A stretch of DNA of 64,000 nucleotides from NCBI GenBank assembly GCA_022825265.1, contig JAJDXE010000011.1, forward strand, positions 90,204 through 154,203. Reading direction: 5' to 3'. The number at the start of each line of letters is the position of its first letter. Position 1 is the first letter of the stretch. Source of the DNA: Dehalococcoidia bacterium. GTDB lineage: Bacteria > Chloroflexota > Dehalococcoidia > Bin125. This document shows, piece after piece, positions 21,589 to 32,008 of the stretch. The position numbers and the translations under genes are program-made. The notes below the pieces were generated by a model. It saw nothing but the letters and a program-made list of their open reading frames with translations, did not search any database and was not told the DNA's origin.

Positions 21589-23568
21589 ATGACCATTGAC
21601 ACACCAAACTGGGCCAACACCAACCCCGGCGACATTGAGCGCGGCGTCAACGACGCGATTCGCACGGTCGAGCGATTGGCCGACGAACTGGTTTCCGTGC
21701 CTGACGGTCGGCGCAGTTTCGAGAACACGGTGCAGCCCCTGGATGAGATCAGCAACGTCTTCACGCTGGCCTCCGGCCGCTACGGATTTCTCTCGCAGGT
21801 CTCAGCCGACGAAGAACTGCGCAACGTGGCCCATCAGCAGGAGGAACGCCTGAGCGTGTTCGCAGCCGGCCTCGGATTCCGCGAGGACATCGACCGGGCG
21901 CTCAAGGCGTACGCGTCGCGGGCTGAGCTGGAGGCGCTGCCCGATGACGCGCGCCGGCTGCTGGAGTTCGCCTTGCGCGACTACCGGCGCAACGGCCTCG
22001 ACCTTCCCAAGCAGACGAGAGACGAACTGAAATCGCTGCAGGAGCGCTTGGTCGGTCTGGGCATTCAGTTCCGCAAGAACATTGACGACTATGAGGACCA
22101 CATCGAAGTCAGCCGCGATGAACTCGACGGGCTGCCCGATTCCTACATTGAGCGACTGCGCACAGTGGAAGACGGCGGCGCCGTTCGCTACAAGATCGGT
22201 CTCGACTATCCGGAGTTGCACCCGTTCCTCGATAGCGCGCACGACGGGGAGCTTCGGAGAGAGCTGTTCCGCAAGAATCACAACAAGTCGGCGGACACCA
22301 ACATCGAGCTCCTGGAAGAAGCGCTGGGCGTTCGTTCGTCGATGGCCGCGCTACTCGGCTACGAGTCGTGGGCGGCCTACGCACTCGAAGTCAAGATGGC
22401 GAAACAGTCAGACGCCGTCCTGGAGTTCCTGCTTGATCTTGAAGAACGGCTGCAGCCGAAACTGGCGAGCGACCTTGCCAGGCTTTCAGATGAACAAGAA
22501 CGCCGCACCGGCGTGGGCGGCCCGGTCGACATCGCCGACTGGCGCTACTACACGAACCAGGTGATCCAGGAGCAATACCAGGTCGACCCGTTCGAGGTGG
22601 CGGCGTACTTCCCGCTCGATGCCGTGCTCGATGGGATGTTTCGCGTCTACGAGGAGTTGGTCGGCGTGCGATTCGTCCGCCGCCCCGACGTGGTTGATTC
22701 AGCTTGGAACGAGGATGCTCAGCCGTTTGACATCGTCGATCCGTCCGGCGGAGAAGCGTTGGCGCGGTTCTACATGGACCTCTACCCACGGCCGGGAAAG
22801 TTCGGACACGCGGCGGCGTTCACCCTGCGCGGCGGACGACGCCTGGCCGAAGGTGGATACCAGCGACCGATCTCGGCGATCGTCGCCAACTTCACCAAGC
22901 CGACAGAATCATCTCCCTCGCTGCTGAGACACACGGAAGTGGTGACGTTGTTCCACGAGTTCGGTCACATCCTGCACCAGACGCTGACGACTTCGCGTTA
23001 CACGCGGTTCAGCGGGACGCGCGTGGAGCGCGACTTCGTCGAGGCGCCGTCGCAGATGCTGGAGCACTGGTGCTGGCAGCCTGACATGTTGAGCAGCTTC
23101 AGCCGTCACTACGAGACCGGTGATCCGCTGCCGAAATCGTTGATCGATCGGATGATCGAAGCCAAGCACACTTCGTCGGCGATTGCGACGCTGCGGCAGG
23201 TCTACTTCTCCCGGCTCGATCTCGCCTACCACTCCGAGTCGGGACGCAGCACCGACGAGCTCGCGCGCGAGCTTCATCCGATCACGGGCTTTCCGTTTCC
23301 GGAGGACACGCACTTCCAGGCCGGGTTCGGACATCTCTTCGGCTATGACGCAGGGTACTACGGCTATCTCTGGTCGCGTGTGTTCGGCGACGACATGTTC
23401 ACCCGCTTCGAGGCCCCGGGCACGTCGGTGTCGGGCATCGGCTCGGAGTATCGACAGCACATCCTCGAACCGGGCGGCACCGCCGATGCTGATCGGTTGA
23501 TCCACCGCTTCCTCGGTCGCGAACCGAACGCCGATGCATTTCTGCGCGAACTCGGCCTCTCGACGTAA
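21589..23568 (+). CDS. M3A (thimet-like) Zn oligopeptidase
   Basis: FHEFGH, DFVEAPSQMLE, GYYGYLWS; start re-called to ATG 21589. Confidence 0.94.
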   Translation: MTIDTPNWANTNPGDIERGVNDAIRTVERLADELVSVPDGRRSFENTVQPLDEISNVFTLASGRYGFLSQVSADEELRNVAHQQEERLSVFAAGLGFREDIDRALKAYASRAELEALPDDARRLLEFALRDYRRNGLDLPKQTRDELKSLQERLVGLGIQFRKNIDDYEDHIEVSRDELDGLPDSYIERLRTVEDGGAVRYKIGLDYPELHPFLDSAHDGELRRELFRKNHNKSADTNIELLEEALGVRSSMAALLGYESWAAYALEVKMAKQSDAVLEFLLDLEERLQPKLASDLARLSDEQERRTGVGGPVDIADWRYYTNQVIQEQYQVDPFEVAAYFPLDAVLDGMFRVYEELVGVRFVRRPDVVDSAWNEDAQPFDIVDPSGGEALARFYMDLYPRPGKFGHAAAFTLRGGRRLAEGGYQRPISAIVANFTKPTESSPSLLRHTEVVTLFHEFGHILHQTLTTSRYTRFSGTRVERDFVEAPSQMLEHWCWQPDMLSSFSRHYETGDPLPKSLIDRMIEAKHTSSAIATLRQVYFSRLDLAYHSESGRSTDELARELHPITGFPFPEDTHFQAGFGHLFGYDAGYYGYLWSRVFGDDMFTRFEAPGTSVSGIGSEYRQHILEPGGTADADRLIHRFLGREPNADAFLRELGLST

Positions 23569-23656
23569 TCCAACCGTAGTCGACTCGGCCGATTCCTGAC
23601 TTGCGCAGCAGGTACACTGCCGACGAAACTGGGACGCAGTTGCTTCGGCGAGGAGA

Positions 23657-24877
23657 ATGAACATGCCCGACATTGGCTCGATCGAGCAAGCCAAGCAGCG
23701 CTTTGGCGAACTGCTCGAGGCTCAACAGACACGGGTGGACGCGATCAAGGCAGAGGGCGAGCCGACCGACTTCACCAAGCTCGATCACATTGAGATCGGC
23801 GTGCTCGGTGGCGACGGGATCGGCCCGTCAATCGCTCACGAATCACAGCGAGTGCTTGAGACATTGCTGGAGGATCAGGTCGCATCGGGCCGAGTCAGCT
23901 TTCGCACCATCGATGGTCTGACGATCGAGCGTCGAGCTGACGAAATGGCCGCGATTCCGGAGGGCGTGCTCAAAGAGATCCACGAGTGTGATGTCACCCT
24001 CAAGGGTCCGACCACGACGCCGGAGCAGGGCGACGGCTGGCCGAACATCGAGTCGGCCAACGTGGCGATGCGCAAGGTGCTTGACCTGTACGCGAACGTC
24101 CGGCCGGTGCGGGTGCCGGCAGAAGGGATCGACTGGACCTTCTTCCGTGAGAACACCGAAGATCTGTACGCAGTCGGCTCCGAGGGTTTCTCGCTGGGCG
24201 ACCTGAACATTGACTTCAAAATCCTCTCGAATCCAGGCTCCGAACGGATCATCCGCGCCGCCTTTGAGTATGCCAAGAACAATGGCAAGGACTCGGTCAC
24301 GATTGTGACCAAGGCCAACGTGGTCAAGACGACCGACGGCGCGTTCCTCGACGCGGCGCGCAAAGTGGCCGAGGACTTTGAAGGGATCGAATGGGAGGGC
24401 TGGTACATCGACATCATGACTGCGAAGCTGGTCGACCCCAAACGTCGGACCAACTTCCAGGTCTTCGCGCTGCCCAACCTCTACGGCGACATCCTGACCG
24501 ACGAGGCAGCGGAGTTCCAGGGCGGCGTCGGCACGGCCGGCGCAGGCAACATCGGTACCAAGACGGCGATGTTCGAGGCGATCCACGGCTCGGCCCCGCG
24601 CATGGTCCGCGAGGGCCGCGATATCTACGCCGACCCGTCTTCGATGCTGCGGGCCGGAGCGATGATGCTCTCGCACATCGGCTTCCCCGAGCTCGGCGGC
24701 AAGCTCGACAAAGCGATGGACCTTTGCGGCCAGTACGAGAAGAAACTCGTGATGACCGGCCGAGACACCGGCGCGACGACGGCCGAGTTCGGAGACTACG
24801 TACTGGCGACGGTGAACGACTCCACGCTGGACGACCGCTGGACGACCGCGATCGAGGCCGTCCGCGCCGGGTCGTAG
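23657..24877 (+). CDS. Isocitrate/isopropylmalate dehydrogenase family protein (possibly isocitrate dehydrogenase)
   Basis: GDGIGP, KGPTTTP, SANVAMR, RENTEDLY, KANVVK, NLYGDILTD, FEAIHGSAP. Confidence 0.88.
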   Translation: MNMPDIGSIEQAKQRFGELLEAQQTRVDAIKAEGEPTDFTKLDHIEIGVLGGDGIGPSIAHESQRVLETLLEDQVASGRVSFRTIDGLTIERRADEMAAIPEGVLKEIHECDVTLKGPTTTPEQGDGWPNIESANVAMRKVLDLYANVRPVRVPAEGIDWTFFRENTEDLYAVGSEGFSLGDLNIDFKILSNPGSERIIRAAFEYAKNNGKDSVTIVTKANVVKTTDGAFLDAARKVAEDFEGIEWEGWYIDIMTAKLVDPKRRTNFQVFALPNLYGDILTDEAAEFQGGVGTAGAGNIGTKTAMFEAIHGSAPRMVREGRDIYADPSSMLRAGAMMLSHIGFPELGGKLDKAMDLCGQYEKKLVMTGRDTGATTAEFGDYVLATVNDSTLDDRWTTAIEAVRAGS

Positions 24878-24885
24878 GTCGACCC

Positions 24886-25512
24886 ATGACCGACCAGCTT
24901 CGAGTTGAACGAGCTCGGGCGGAGCGTGCCGAGGCGGGGCGCAAGGCGGCCGTCGCGCGCGCCGACACGCTCGAAGATCGAGCGAAAAAGGCCGAAAAAC
25001 AATCACGCGATTTGCGGGCCCACCTGGATCGGCTCGCCAATCGGCTCTCGACCGCGGGCGAGGAGGTCGAGCCGCTGCGCAACGAGCTGCGCGACGTGAA
25101 GACCGAGTTGGCATCAGTCAAGCAGGCGGCAGAGGCGGCCACGGCGTCCGCGGAATCGGCGACTTCGGAGCTGACCGAGCTACGGACGCGAGCCGGATCG
25201 GCTGAGCAGGAGCGCGATCGGCTGCGTACCGAACACCACGCCCTGACCGAGAAATCGACCTTCTACGAGCAGGCTGCGAAGGAAGCCTCGTCCTCCCTGG
25301 CGGCTGCCTCGGCAGCGCAGGCGGAGGCCGAGAGCAAGGCGTCGGAGCTGAGCAAGACGCTCGACGAGCGGCACGAGGAGTTCCGCCAGGAACGAAACCG
25401 GCTCAGCCGCGAGAACGAACGGCTGCAAAAGCAGGTACAGCAGTTAGAGTCGGATCTTGAGGCTTCGAAGGCCGGAATCGGCGGCGCTCTGAGACGCCGG
25501 TTCGGCGGTTAG
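24886..25512 (+). CDS. Coiled-coil protein of unknown function
   Basis: ~208 aa E/A/R/K-rich heptad pattern; ATG 8 nt after the upstream stop; C-terminus GIGGALRRRFGG. Confidence 0.75.
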   Translation: MTDQLRVERARAERAEAGRKAAVARADTLEDRAKKAEKQSRDLRAHLDRLANRLSTAGEEVEPLRNELRDVKTELASVKQAAEAATASAESATSELTELRTRAGSAEQERDRLRTEHHALTEKSTFYEQAAKEASSSLAAASAAQAEAESKASELSKTLDERHEEFRQERNRLSRENERLQKQVQQLESDLEASKAGIGGALRRRFGG

Positions 25513-25579
25513 CTTTCACGATCCGCGAAAGTGTCACGACGATACTGCCGAGCCTCGCCTCGCTGGATACGATCAACGG

Positions 25580-28500
25580 ATGCAACGCCCTACCCTGCGC
25601 ACCGCTGCCGCTGAGCGTGTCATCGTCCTCGATGGCGCGACGGGTACAGGTTTGCAACTGTTGGACCTGTCGTTGTCGGACTTCGACGGACTCGAAGGCT
25701 GCAACGAAATTCTGAACGTCTCGCGGCCCGACGCGGTGGTGTCGTTGCATGAGTCCTACCTCGATGCCGGCGCCGACGCGGTTCTGACCAACACGTTCGG
25801 CGGCTCTTCGATCACGCTGGGCGAGTACGACCTGTCCGAGCGAACCCGCGAAATCAATCGGGCGTCGGCTGAGATCGCACGTCGCGTCGCTGACGGGTAT
25901 TCGACGCCGCAGTGGCCCAGATTCGTGATTGGCTCACTGGGTCCTGGGACAAAGCTCCCGTCCCTGGGCCACGTCGATTTCGATGAGTTGCATGCCGCCT
26001 ACCTCGAACAGGCTCGCGGTCTGCTGGCCGGTGGCGTCGACGCGCTGCTGGTCGAGACGGTGTACGACCTGTTGCAGGGCAAGGCCGCGATCCTGGCCTG
26101 CAAGGACGCTCTGGCCGAGTTCAGGAGCGACACGCCGCTGTTCGCGACCGTGACGATTGAGACGACCGGCCAGATGCTGGTCGGGAGCGAGATTAGCGCG
26201 GCGTTCACTGCATTGTCGCCGCTTGGTCTGGATGGCATCGGACTCAACTGCGCAACCGGCCCGGATCTCATGCATGAGCCGCTGCGCTACCTCGCCGGAA
26301 GCGCCGACACGACCCTGCTCTGCTCGCCCAATGCCGGACTGCCCAGGACCGAGGGCGGCCAGATGATTTACGATCTGCAGCCCTCGGAACTGTCCGACGC
26401 ACACCGGACCTTCGTCAACGAGTACGGCGTCGGGATCGTCGGCGGATGCTGCGGGACCACTCCGGAGCACGTCCGAGCGATGCGCGAAGCGATGGACGGC
26501 CTGCGGCCGATCAAGCGCAGTCCTGAGCCGGAACCTGCGGCTGCCTCGTTGTTCGTCTCGGCTCCCTATCGACAGGACGCCTCGTTCCTGATCGTGGGCG
26601 AACGAGCCAACGCCAATGGCTCGCGCCGCTTCAAGCGACTGCTGCAGAACGAGGAATGGGAGCAGATGGCGAATGTCGTTCGCGACCAGGCCTCCGAAGG
26701 CGCGCATATCGCCGACATCTGCGTCGATTTCGTCGGCCGAGATGGCACGCCGGACATGGCGGAGCTGGTTTCGCGCGCGCGCGGCCTGTCGACGCTGCCG
26801 CTGATGCTCGACTCGACCGAGCCGGCGGTGCTCGAAGCCGGGCTGAAGCAGCTCGGCGGCAAGGCGATCGTCAACTCGATCAACCTGGAAGACGGCGGCA
26901 CGCGGCTCGATCAGACACTATCCGCTGCCATCCGCTTCGGCGCCGGCGTGGTAGCGCTGGTGATCGACGAAGAAGGACAGGCCCGGACCTGCGACCGCAA
27001 ACTCGAGATCGCTCGACGCCTCTACCGGATCGCGACGGAAGACTACGGCCTCGCCCCCGAGGATCTTTTTTTCGACGCCCTCACGCTCCCGGTCAGCACC
27101 GGTCAGGAAGACTTACGGCGCGATGGGCTGGAAACGCTGGATGCGGTCGAGGTGATCAGCAACGAGTTCCCTCGCGCGCAGACGATCCTCGGAATCTCCA
27201 ATATCTCGTTCGGCCTCAACCCAGCCGCTCGACAGGTGCTGAACTCAGTCTTTCTGCACGATGCTGTGGATCGCGGGCTCAAGGCCGCAATCGTCCATGC
27301 TGCGCAGATCCTGCCGATCAATCGGATTCCCGACGAGCAGCTCGTTGTGGCTCGACGCCTGATCTTCAACGAGTGGATCGAGGGACCCGACGGCCTGATC
27401 GACCCACTACCCGCGTTCATGGCCCTGTTCGAGGACCAACAGGCGGCGACGCAGCAGCGTGAGAGTCTCGACGACCTGCCGCTCGAAGACCGGCTGCACC
27501 GACGGATCGTTGACGGTCAACGGGAAGGTCTGGAGCGCGACCTCGACGACGCGCTCGTCAAGCGCGAGGCGATCCCGATCATCAACGAGCTGTTGCTGCC
27601 CGCAATGCAGGAAGTGGGCGACCTGTTCGGTGCCGGTGACATGCAGTTGCCGTTCGTCCTGCAGTCGGCCGAAACGATGAAGAAGGCTGTGGCTCATCTG
27701 GAGCCGCACATGGACAAGCTGGACGCAGCCAGTAAGGGCTCGATTGTCTTGGCCACCGTGCGCGGCGATGTGCATGACATCGGCAAGAACCTGGTCGAGA
27801 TCATCCTCTCCAACAACGGGTTCACGACAATCAACCTGGGCATCAAGCAGCCGATCTCCAACGTGATCGAAGCGGCGCTGGAGCACAATGCCGACGCAAT
27901 CGGACTGTCCGGGCTGCTGGTCAAGTCAACGTTGGTGATGAAGGAAGATCTGGAAGAGCTCAACCGGCGCGAGTTGGCGGATCGTTGGCCGGTGCTGCTC
28001 GGCGGAGCCGCGCTGACGCGCAAGTACGTCGAGTGGGACCTACGCAACACCTTCCACGGCGACGTGTTCTACGGCCAGGATGCGTTCGACGGCCTGCGGA
28101 TCATGAACGCGCTGAGCGACGGAATCGATCTGGATCGCGCACCCGTTGAGCCGATGCTCGCACCTGCAACGGCCTCTTCGGCAGCGACGGCGACCGCCGT
28201 CCGCTCGACACTCGCTCCGGCGGCGTCGATTCCTGATGCTCCGTTCCTCGGGACTCGGGTGATTCGCGGTCTGCCGTTGACCGACGTGTTTCCTTACATC
28301 AACCGCACCGCACTCTTGCGTGGTCAGTGGGGATTCAAGGGCCGCGACGCGGAAACGGCGGCTCGCGCGGAAATGGCGCTCTCGCAGATTCAGCAGGAGG
28401 CGTTGCGCGACGGCATCCTTGAGCCCGCGGTCGTCTACGGCTACTTCCCGGCGCAGTCTCGGGGAGATGACTTGATCGTCTATGAGCCGGATGGGTCCGG

Positions 28501-29002
28501 CAGGGAAGCGGTTCGATTTGCGTTTCCCCGGCAACAGGGCAAGCAAGGACGCTGCCTGGCCGACTACTTCCGCTCCACAGACTCGGGCGAGATGGACGTG
28601 ATCGGCCTCCATGTAGTCACAATGGGATCGCGAGTTGGCGAATACGCACAGGAACTGTACGAGGCGAACCGATACCAGGATTACCTCTACTGGCACGGGT
28701 TCGGCGTCGAGATCGCCGAAGCGCTGGCCGAATACTGGCACCGTCGGATCCGGCAGGAGCTGAGAATCGACAGCGCTGACGGCGCGACGCCCGAGGATCT
28801 GATCAAGACCAACTATCAGGGCGCTCGCTATTCCTTCGGCTATCCGGCCTGTCCCAATCTGGAAGATCAGGTCCTGCTCTGGCAATTGCTGGAGCCGGAG
28901 CGCATTGGCGTCACCCTGAGCGACGAGTTCCAGATGCATCCCGAACAGTCGACCTCGGCGCTGATCGTGCATCATCCCGAAGCCCGCTACTTCAGCATCT
29001 GA
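25580..29002 (+). CDS. metH: Cobalamin-dependent methionine synthase
   Basis: LDGATGT, GLNC, GGCCGT, GERANANGS, DVHDIGKN, RYSFGYPACP. Confidence 0.97.
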   Translation: MQRPTLRTAAAERVIVLDGATGTGLQLLDLSLSDFDGLEGCNEILNVSRPDAVVSLHESYLDAGADAVLTNTFGGSSITLGEYDLSERTREINRASAEIARRVADGYSTPQWPRFVIGSLGPGTKLPSLGHVDFDELHAAYLEQARGLLAGGVDALLVETVYDLLQGKAAILACKDALAEFRSDTPLFATVTIETTGQMLVGSEISAAFTALSPLGLDGIGLNCATGPDLMHEPLRYLAGSADTTLLCSPNAGLPRTEGGQMIYDLQPSELSDAHRTFVNEYGVGIVGGCCGTTPEHVRAMREAMDGLRPIKRSPEPEPAAASLFVSAPYRQDASFLIVGERANANGSRRFKRLLQNEEWEQMANVVRDQASEGAHIADICVDFVGRDGTPDMAELVSRARGLSTLPLMLDSTEPAVLEAGLKQLGGKAIVNSINLEDGGTRLDQTLSAAIRFGAGVVALVIDEEGQARTCDRKLEIARRLYRIATEDYGLAPEDLFFDALTLPVSTGQEDLRRDGLETLDAVEVISNEFPRAQTILGISNISFGLNPAARQVLNSVFLHDAVDRGLKAAIVHAAQILPINRIPDEQLVVARRLIFNEWIEGPDGLIDPLPAFMALFEDQQAATQQRESLDDLPLEDRLHRRIVDGQREGLERDLDDALVKREAIPIINELLLPAMQEVGDLFGAGDMQLPFVLQSAETMKKAVAHLEPHMDKLDAASKGSIVLATVRGDVHDIGKNLVEIILSNNGFTTINLGIKQPISNVIEAALEHNADAIGLSGLLVKSTLVMKEDLEELNRRELADRWPVLLGGAALTRKYVEWDLRNTFHGDVFYGQDAFDGLRIMNALSDGIDLDRAPVEPMLAPATASSAATATAVRSTLAPAASIPDAPFLGTRVIRGLPLTDVFPYINRTALLRGQWGFKGRDAETAARAEMALSQIQQEALRDGILEPAVVYGYFPAQSRGDDLIVYEPDGSGREAVRFAFPRQQGKQGRCLADYFRSTDSGEMDVIGLHVVTMGSRVGEYAQELYEANRYQDYLYWHGFGVEIAEALAEYWHRRIRQELRIDSADGATPEDLIKTNYQGARYSFGYPACPNLEDQVLLWQLLEPERIGVTLSDEFQMHPEQSTSALIVHHPEARYFSI

Positions 29003-29073
29003 ACAGTACCTAGGTGTTGATCGCGGTAGGCTGCGTTCGGTTGAGGGTGCATCAAGGGTGAAGACGAAGGCGC

Positions 29074-30426
29074 ATGGCTGATCTCTTCCGACCGCGCTGG
29101 CGCGAGGGCAACGACCCGTTCCGCCGGATCGTCGTGCAGACGACGCTGCGTTTCATGGAGGTCGAGGCGGCCGGCGGGATCGTCCTGGTCATTGCGGCCG
29201 CAATCGCGTTGATCTGGGCGAATGTCGACATTGGCTCCTACGACTCGTTCTGGCACGCGCACATCAAGCTCGACCTCGCCATCTGGTCATTCGATCAGTC
29301 GCTGCAGCATGTCGTCAACGACGTGCTCATGGTCGTTTTCTTCCTCGTCGTCGGAGCCGAGATCAAGCGCGAGGTCACCCACGGCGAACTGCGTGACCCG
29401 CGCCAGGCCGCCTTGCCGATTTTCGCCGCGTTGGGCGGCATGCTGGTCCCGGCGGCGGTGTATGCCGCGCTCAACGCCGGCGGCGAGGGCAGCTCCGGCT
29501 GGGGCATCCCCGTCGCGACCGACATTGCCTTCGCGCTCGGCGTGTTGGCACTGGTCGGTCGCGGCGTGCCGGTCCAGCTCAAGGTGTTCCTGCTCACCCT
29601 GGCCGTCGCCGACGATGTCGGCGGCATACTGATCATCGCGATCTTCTATTCCGACTCAATCCAGTACGAATGGCTTCTGGGCATGGTCGGAGCGGTGGCC
29701 TTCCTCCTGCTCGTCAAGCAGTTCGGCTTTCGGCATTTCGGCATCCATGCGATCGGCGGCGTGTTTCTCTGGCTGACCCTGTGGGAAGCCGGGGTGCATG
29801 CCACACTTGCCGGAGTCATCCTCGGCCTGATCGTCCCCGCTAATGCCCTGTATGACCGCGAGGGATCAAGCCGACGGCTCGATTACCTGTTGCAGCGGCT
29901 GCGTCATATCGAGGATGATCCCGATCCGTCCGTCCGGGAGGAAGACGCGCACGATGCCTTGCGCAACATCCGTCATGTCGCGCATGAAGGTCTGAGCCCG
30001 CTGGAACACCTGGAGGAGGCGATGGCGCCGATTTCGGCGTTCATTGTTGTGCCGGTCTTCGCCCTGGCCAACGCCGGCATTCACATCACGGGCGACAGTA
30101 TCGACGCTGCCCTCAGCTCCAACATCGCCTGGGGTATCTTCCTCGGCCTCTTGCTGGGCAAGTTCGTCGGAATCGTCGCTGCGTCGGCGTTGGCCGTTCG
30201 TTTGGGCATCGCGTTCAAACCGCAGCAGCTTCGCTGGCCCCACCTTGGAGGCGCGGCCCTATTGGCCGGAATTGGATTCACCGTGGCCATCTTCATTGCC
30301 AACCTGAGTTTCGAGGCAGGGCAGACCGACCTGCTGGAAGCGGCGAAGATCGGCATCTTCGCTGCATCGATCGTTGCCGCAGTGCTGGGTTTCGCAATAT
30401 TGCGAGCCGTCAGGCCGCGCTTCTAA
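29074..30426 (+). CDS. nhaA: Na+/H+ antiporter NhaA
   Basis: VNDVLMVVFF, EIKRE, ATDIAF, AVADD, GIGFT. Confidence 0.95.
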   Translation: MADLFRPRWREGNDPFRRIVVQTTLRFMEVEAAGGIVLVIAAAIALIWANVDIGSYDSFWHAHIKLDLAIWSFDQSLQHVVNDVLMVVFFLVVGAEIKREVTHGELRDPRQAALPIFAALGGMLVPAAVYAALNAGGEGSSGWGIPVATDIAFALGVLALVGRGVPVQLKVFLLTLAVADDVGGILIIAIFYSDSIQYEWLLGMVGAVAFLLLVKQFGFRHFGIHAIGGVFLWLTLWEAGVHATLAGVILGLIVPANALYDREGSSRRLDYLLQRLRHIEDDPDPSVREEDAHDALRNIRHVAHEGLSPLEHLEEAMAPISAFIVVPVFALANAGIHITGDSIDAALSSNIAWGIFLGLLLGKFVGIVAASALAVRLGIAFKPQQLRWPHLGGAALLAGIGFTVAIFIANLSFEAGQTDLLEAAKIGIFAASIVAAVLGFAILRAVRPRF

Positions 30427-30571
30427 GGCTCTCCATTGCGGAACACGGTGTGCGTTACACTTTTTGCGGCTAGCCGCCCTACGGGACTCTTCGTCCCTGA
30501 CCCGGGCTGGCGACATTTGAGCGATTTGTCAGGGAGCGCCGCGAGGCGCTGATTTTGAGGAGGCGGACTAC

Positions 30572-31438
30572 GTGCAAGCGGTGAAATATGCCCGCGCCGG
30601 AAGCGTGGAAGAGGCGGTCAGCCTGCTGCAAGACGGAGGCGACGGCGCACGGCCGCTGGCCGGTGGTACCGACGTCATCGTCCAGGCCCGCGAGCGGACT
30701 CGTGACATTGACCTGTTCGTCGACATCAAGCACATTCCCGAAGTGGTCGGCATCTCGCATGGCGACGACGGCAGTCTGACGATCGGCGCGGCGACGCCGT
30801 GCTACCAGATCTACGGCGACGAAACGATCGCTGCGAACTACCCGATCCTGGTCGATTCGACTTCTCTGATTGGTGGAACCGCGATTCAGGGCCGAGCTTC
30901 GCTCGGCGGGAACCTGTGCAACTCCTCACCGGCAGCAGACGGAATTCCGTCGCTGATCGTGCTCGAGGCGCAGGTCGAGATCGCCGGCCCGAACGGCCGC
31001 CGCACAGTTGCGGTGGAGGACTTCTGCACTGCTCCGGGTCGGAACGTGCTGGGCGCCGGCGAGTTTGCCATCTCCCTGCATTTCCCTGCTCCGGCTGAAG
31101 GCTCCGGCGCACGGTTCCTGCGCTTCATCCCACGCAACGAGATGGACATCGCAGTGACCAACGCTGCGACCCAACTTCGGCTCGACGGCGATGGAAACGT
31201 CACCTGGGCGCGCGTCGCGATTGGAGCGGTTGCACCGACGCCATTGCTGGTTTCAGCCGCAGCCGACGCGATTGTCGGACAACCGCTGAGCGAAGAGACA
31301 ATCGCTGCGGCGGCGGCTGCATCGAGCGCCGCCGCTAACCCGATTACCGACATGCGCGGGAGTGTCCGCCAGCGAGTCCACCTCGCCGGCGTGCTGACCG
31401 AACGCACCATCCGCCAGGCCGCAGAACGTGCTGCCTGA
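30572..31438 (+). CDS. Xanthine dehydrogenase/CoxM-family FAD subunit
   Basis: LAGGTDV, RASLGGNLCNSSPAAD; GTG start after GAGGAGG. Confidence 0.93.
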   Translation: MQAVKYARAGSVEEAVSLLQDGGDGARPLAGGTDVIVQARERTRDIDLFVDIKHIPEVVGISHGDDGSLTIGAATPCYQIYGDETIAANYPILVDSTSLIGGTAIQGRASLGGNLCNSSPAADGIPSLIVLEAQVEIAGPNGRRTVAVEDFCTAPGRNVLGAGEFAISLHFPAPAEGSGARFLRFIPRNEMDIAVTNAATQLRLDGDGNVTWARVAIGAVAPTPLLVSAAADAIVGQPLSEETIAAAAAASSAAANPITDMRGSVRQRVHLAGVLTERTIRQAAERAA

Positions 31439-31476
31439 ACCAATCGATCTGATCGATCAACGGAGGAACATCTTCC

Positions 31477-31956
31477 ATGGCAAGTGAACACATCGTCGTT
31501 AGCTGCACCATCAATGGGGAGCAGCAGGTCTTCCTGGCCAACGAGCGCGACTCGTTGCTCGAGGCGCTGCGCGACCGGATCGGTCTGACCGGCGCCAAGG
31601 AAGGCTGCAACAACGGCAACTGCGGCGCCTGTTGCGTCAACATGGATGGCCGGATCGTCAACAGCTGCCTGGTCATGGCGGCCGAGTGTGAAGGCTCCGA
31701 GATTCGCACGGTTGAGGGGCTTGCCTCCGGCGACCAACTCTCGCCGTTGCAGAACGCTTTCCTCGAGCAGGCCGCGCTGCAATGCGGTATCTGCACGCCT
31801 GGTTTCCTCGTCGCAGCGGAGGCGCTGTTGGAGCAGAACCCTGATCCATCAGAGCATGAGATCCGCTACTGGCTAGCGGGCAATCTCTGCCGTTGCACTG
31901 GCTACGACAAGATCATCAAGGCGGTCCAGCAGGCCGCCGGACAGAGCGTCGTCTAA
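31477..31956 (+). CDS. Xanthine dehydrogenase/CoxS-family 2x[2Fe-2S] subunit
   Basis: GCNNGNCGAC, QCGICTPG, NLCRCTGY. Confidence 0.95.
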   Translation: MASEHIVVSCTINGEQQVFLANERDSLLEALRDRIGLTGAKEGCNNGNCGACCVNMDGRIVNSCLVMAAECEGSEIRTVEGLASGDQLSPLQNAFLEQAALQCGICTPGFLVAAEALLEQNPDPSEHEIRYWLAGNLCRCTGYDKIIKAVQQAAGQSVV

Positions 31957-32008
31957 CCACTTCAATCCTGCACAGCGCGCAATCGCCCATTCGAGAGGAC
32001 ACACTCAC

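Noticed and set aside
25513-25579. SAM or cobalamin riboswitch before metH
   Set aside because: Spacer is only 67 nt, lacks recognisable motifs, and the gene looks leaderless.
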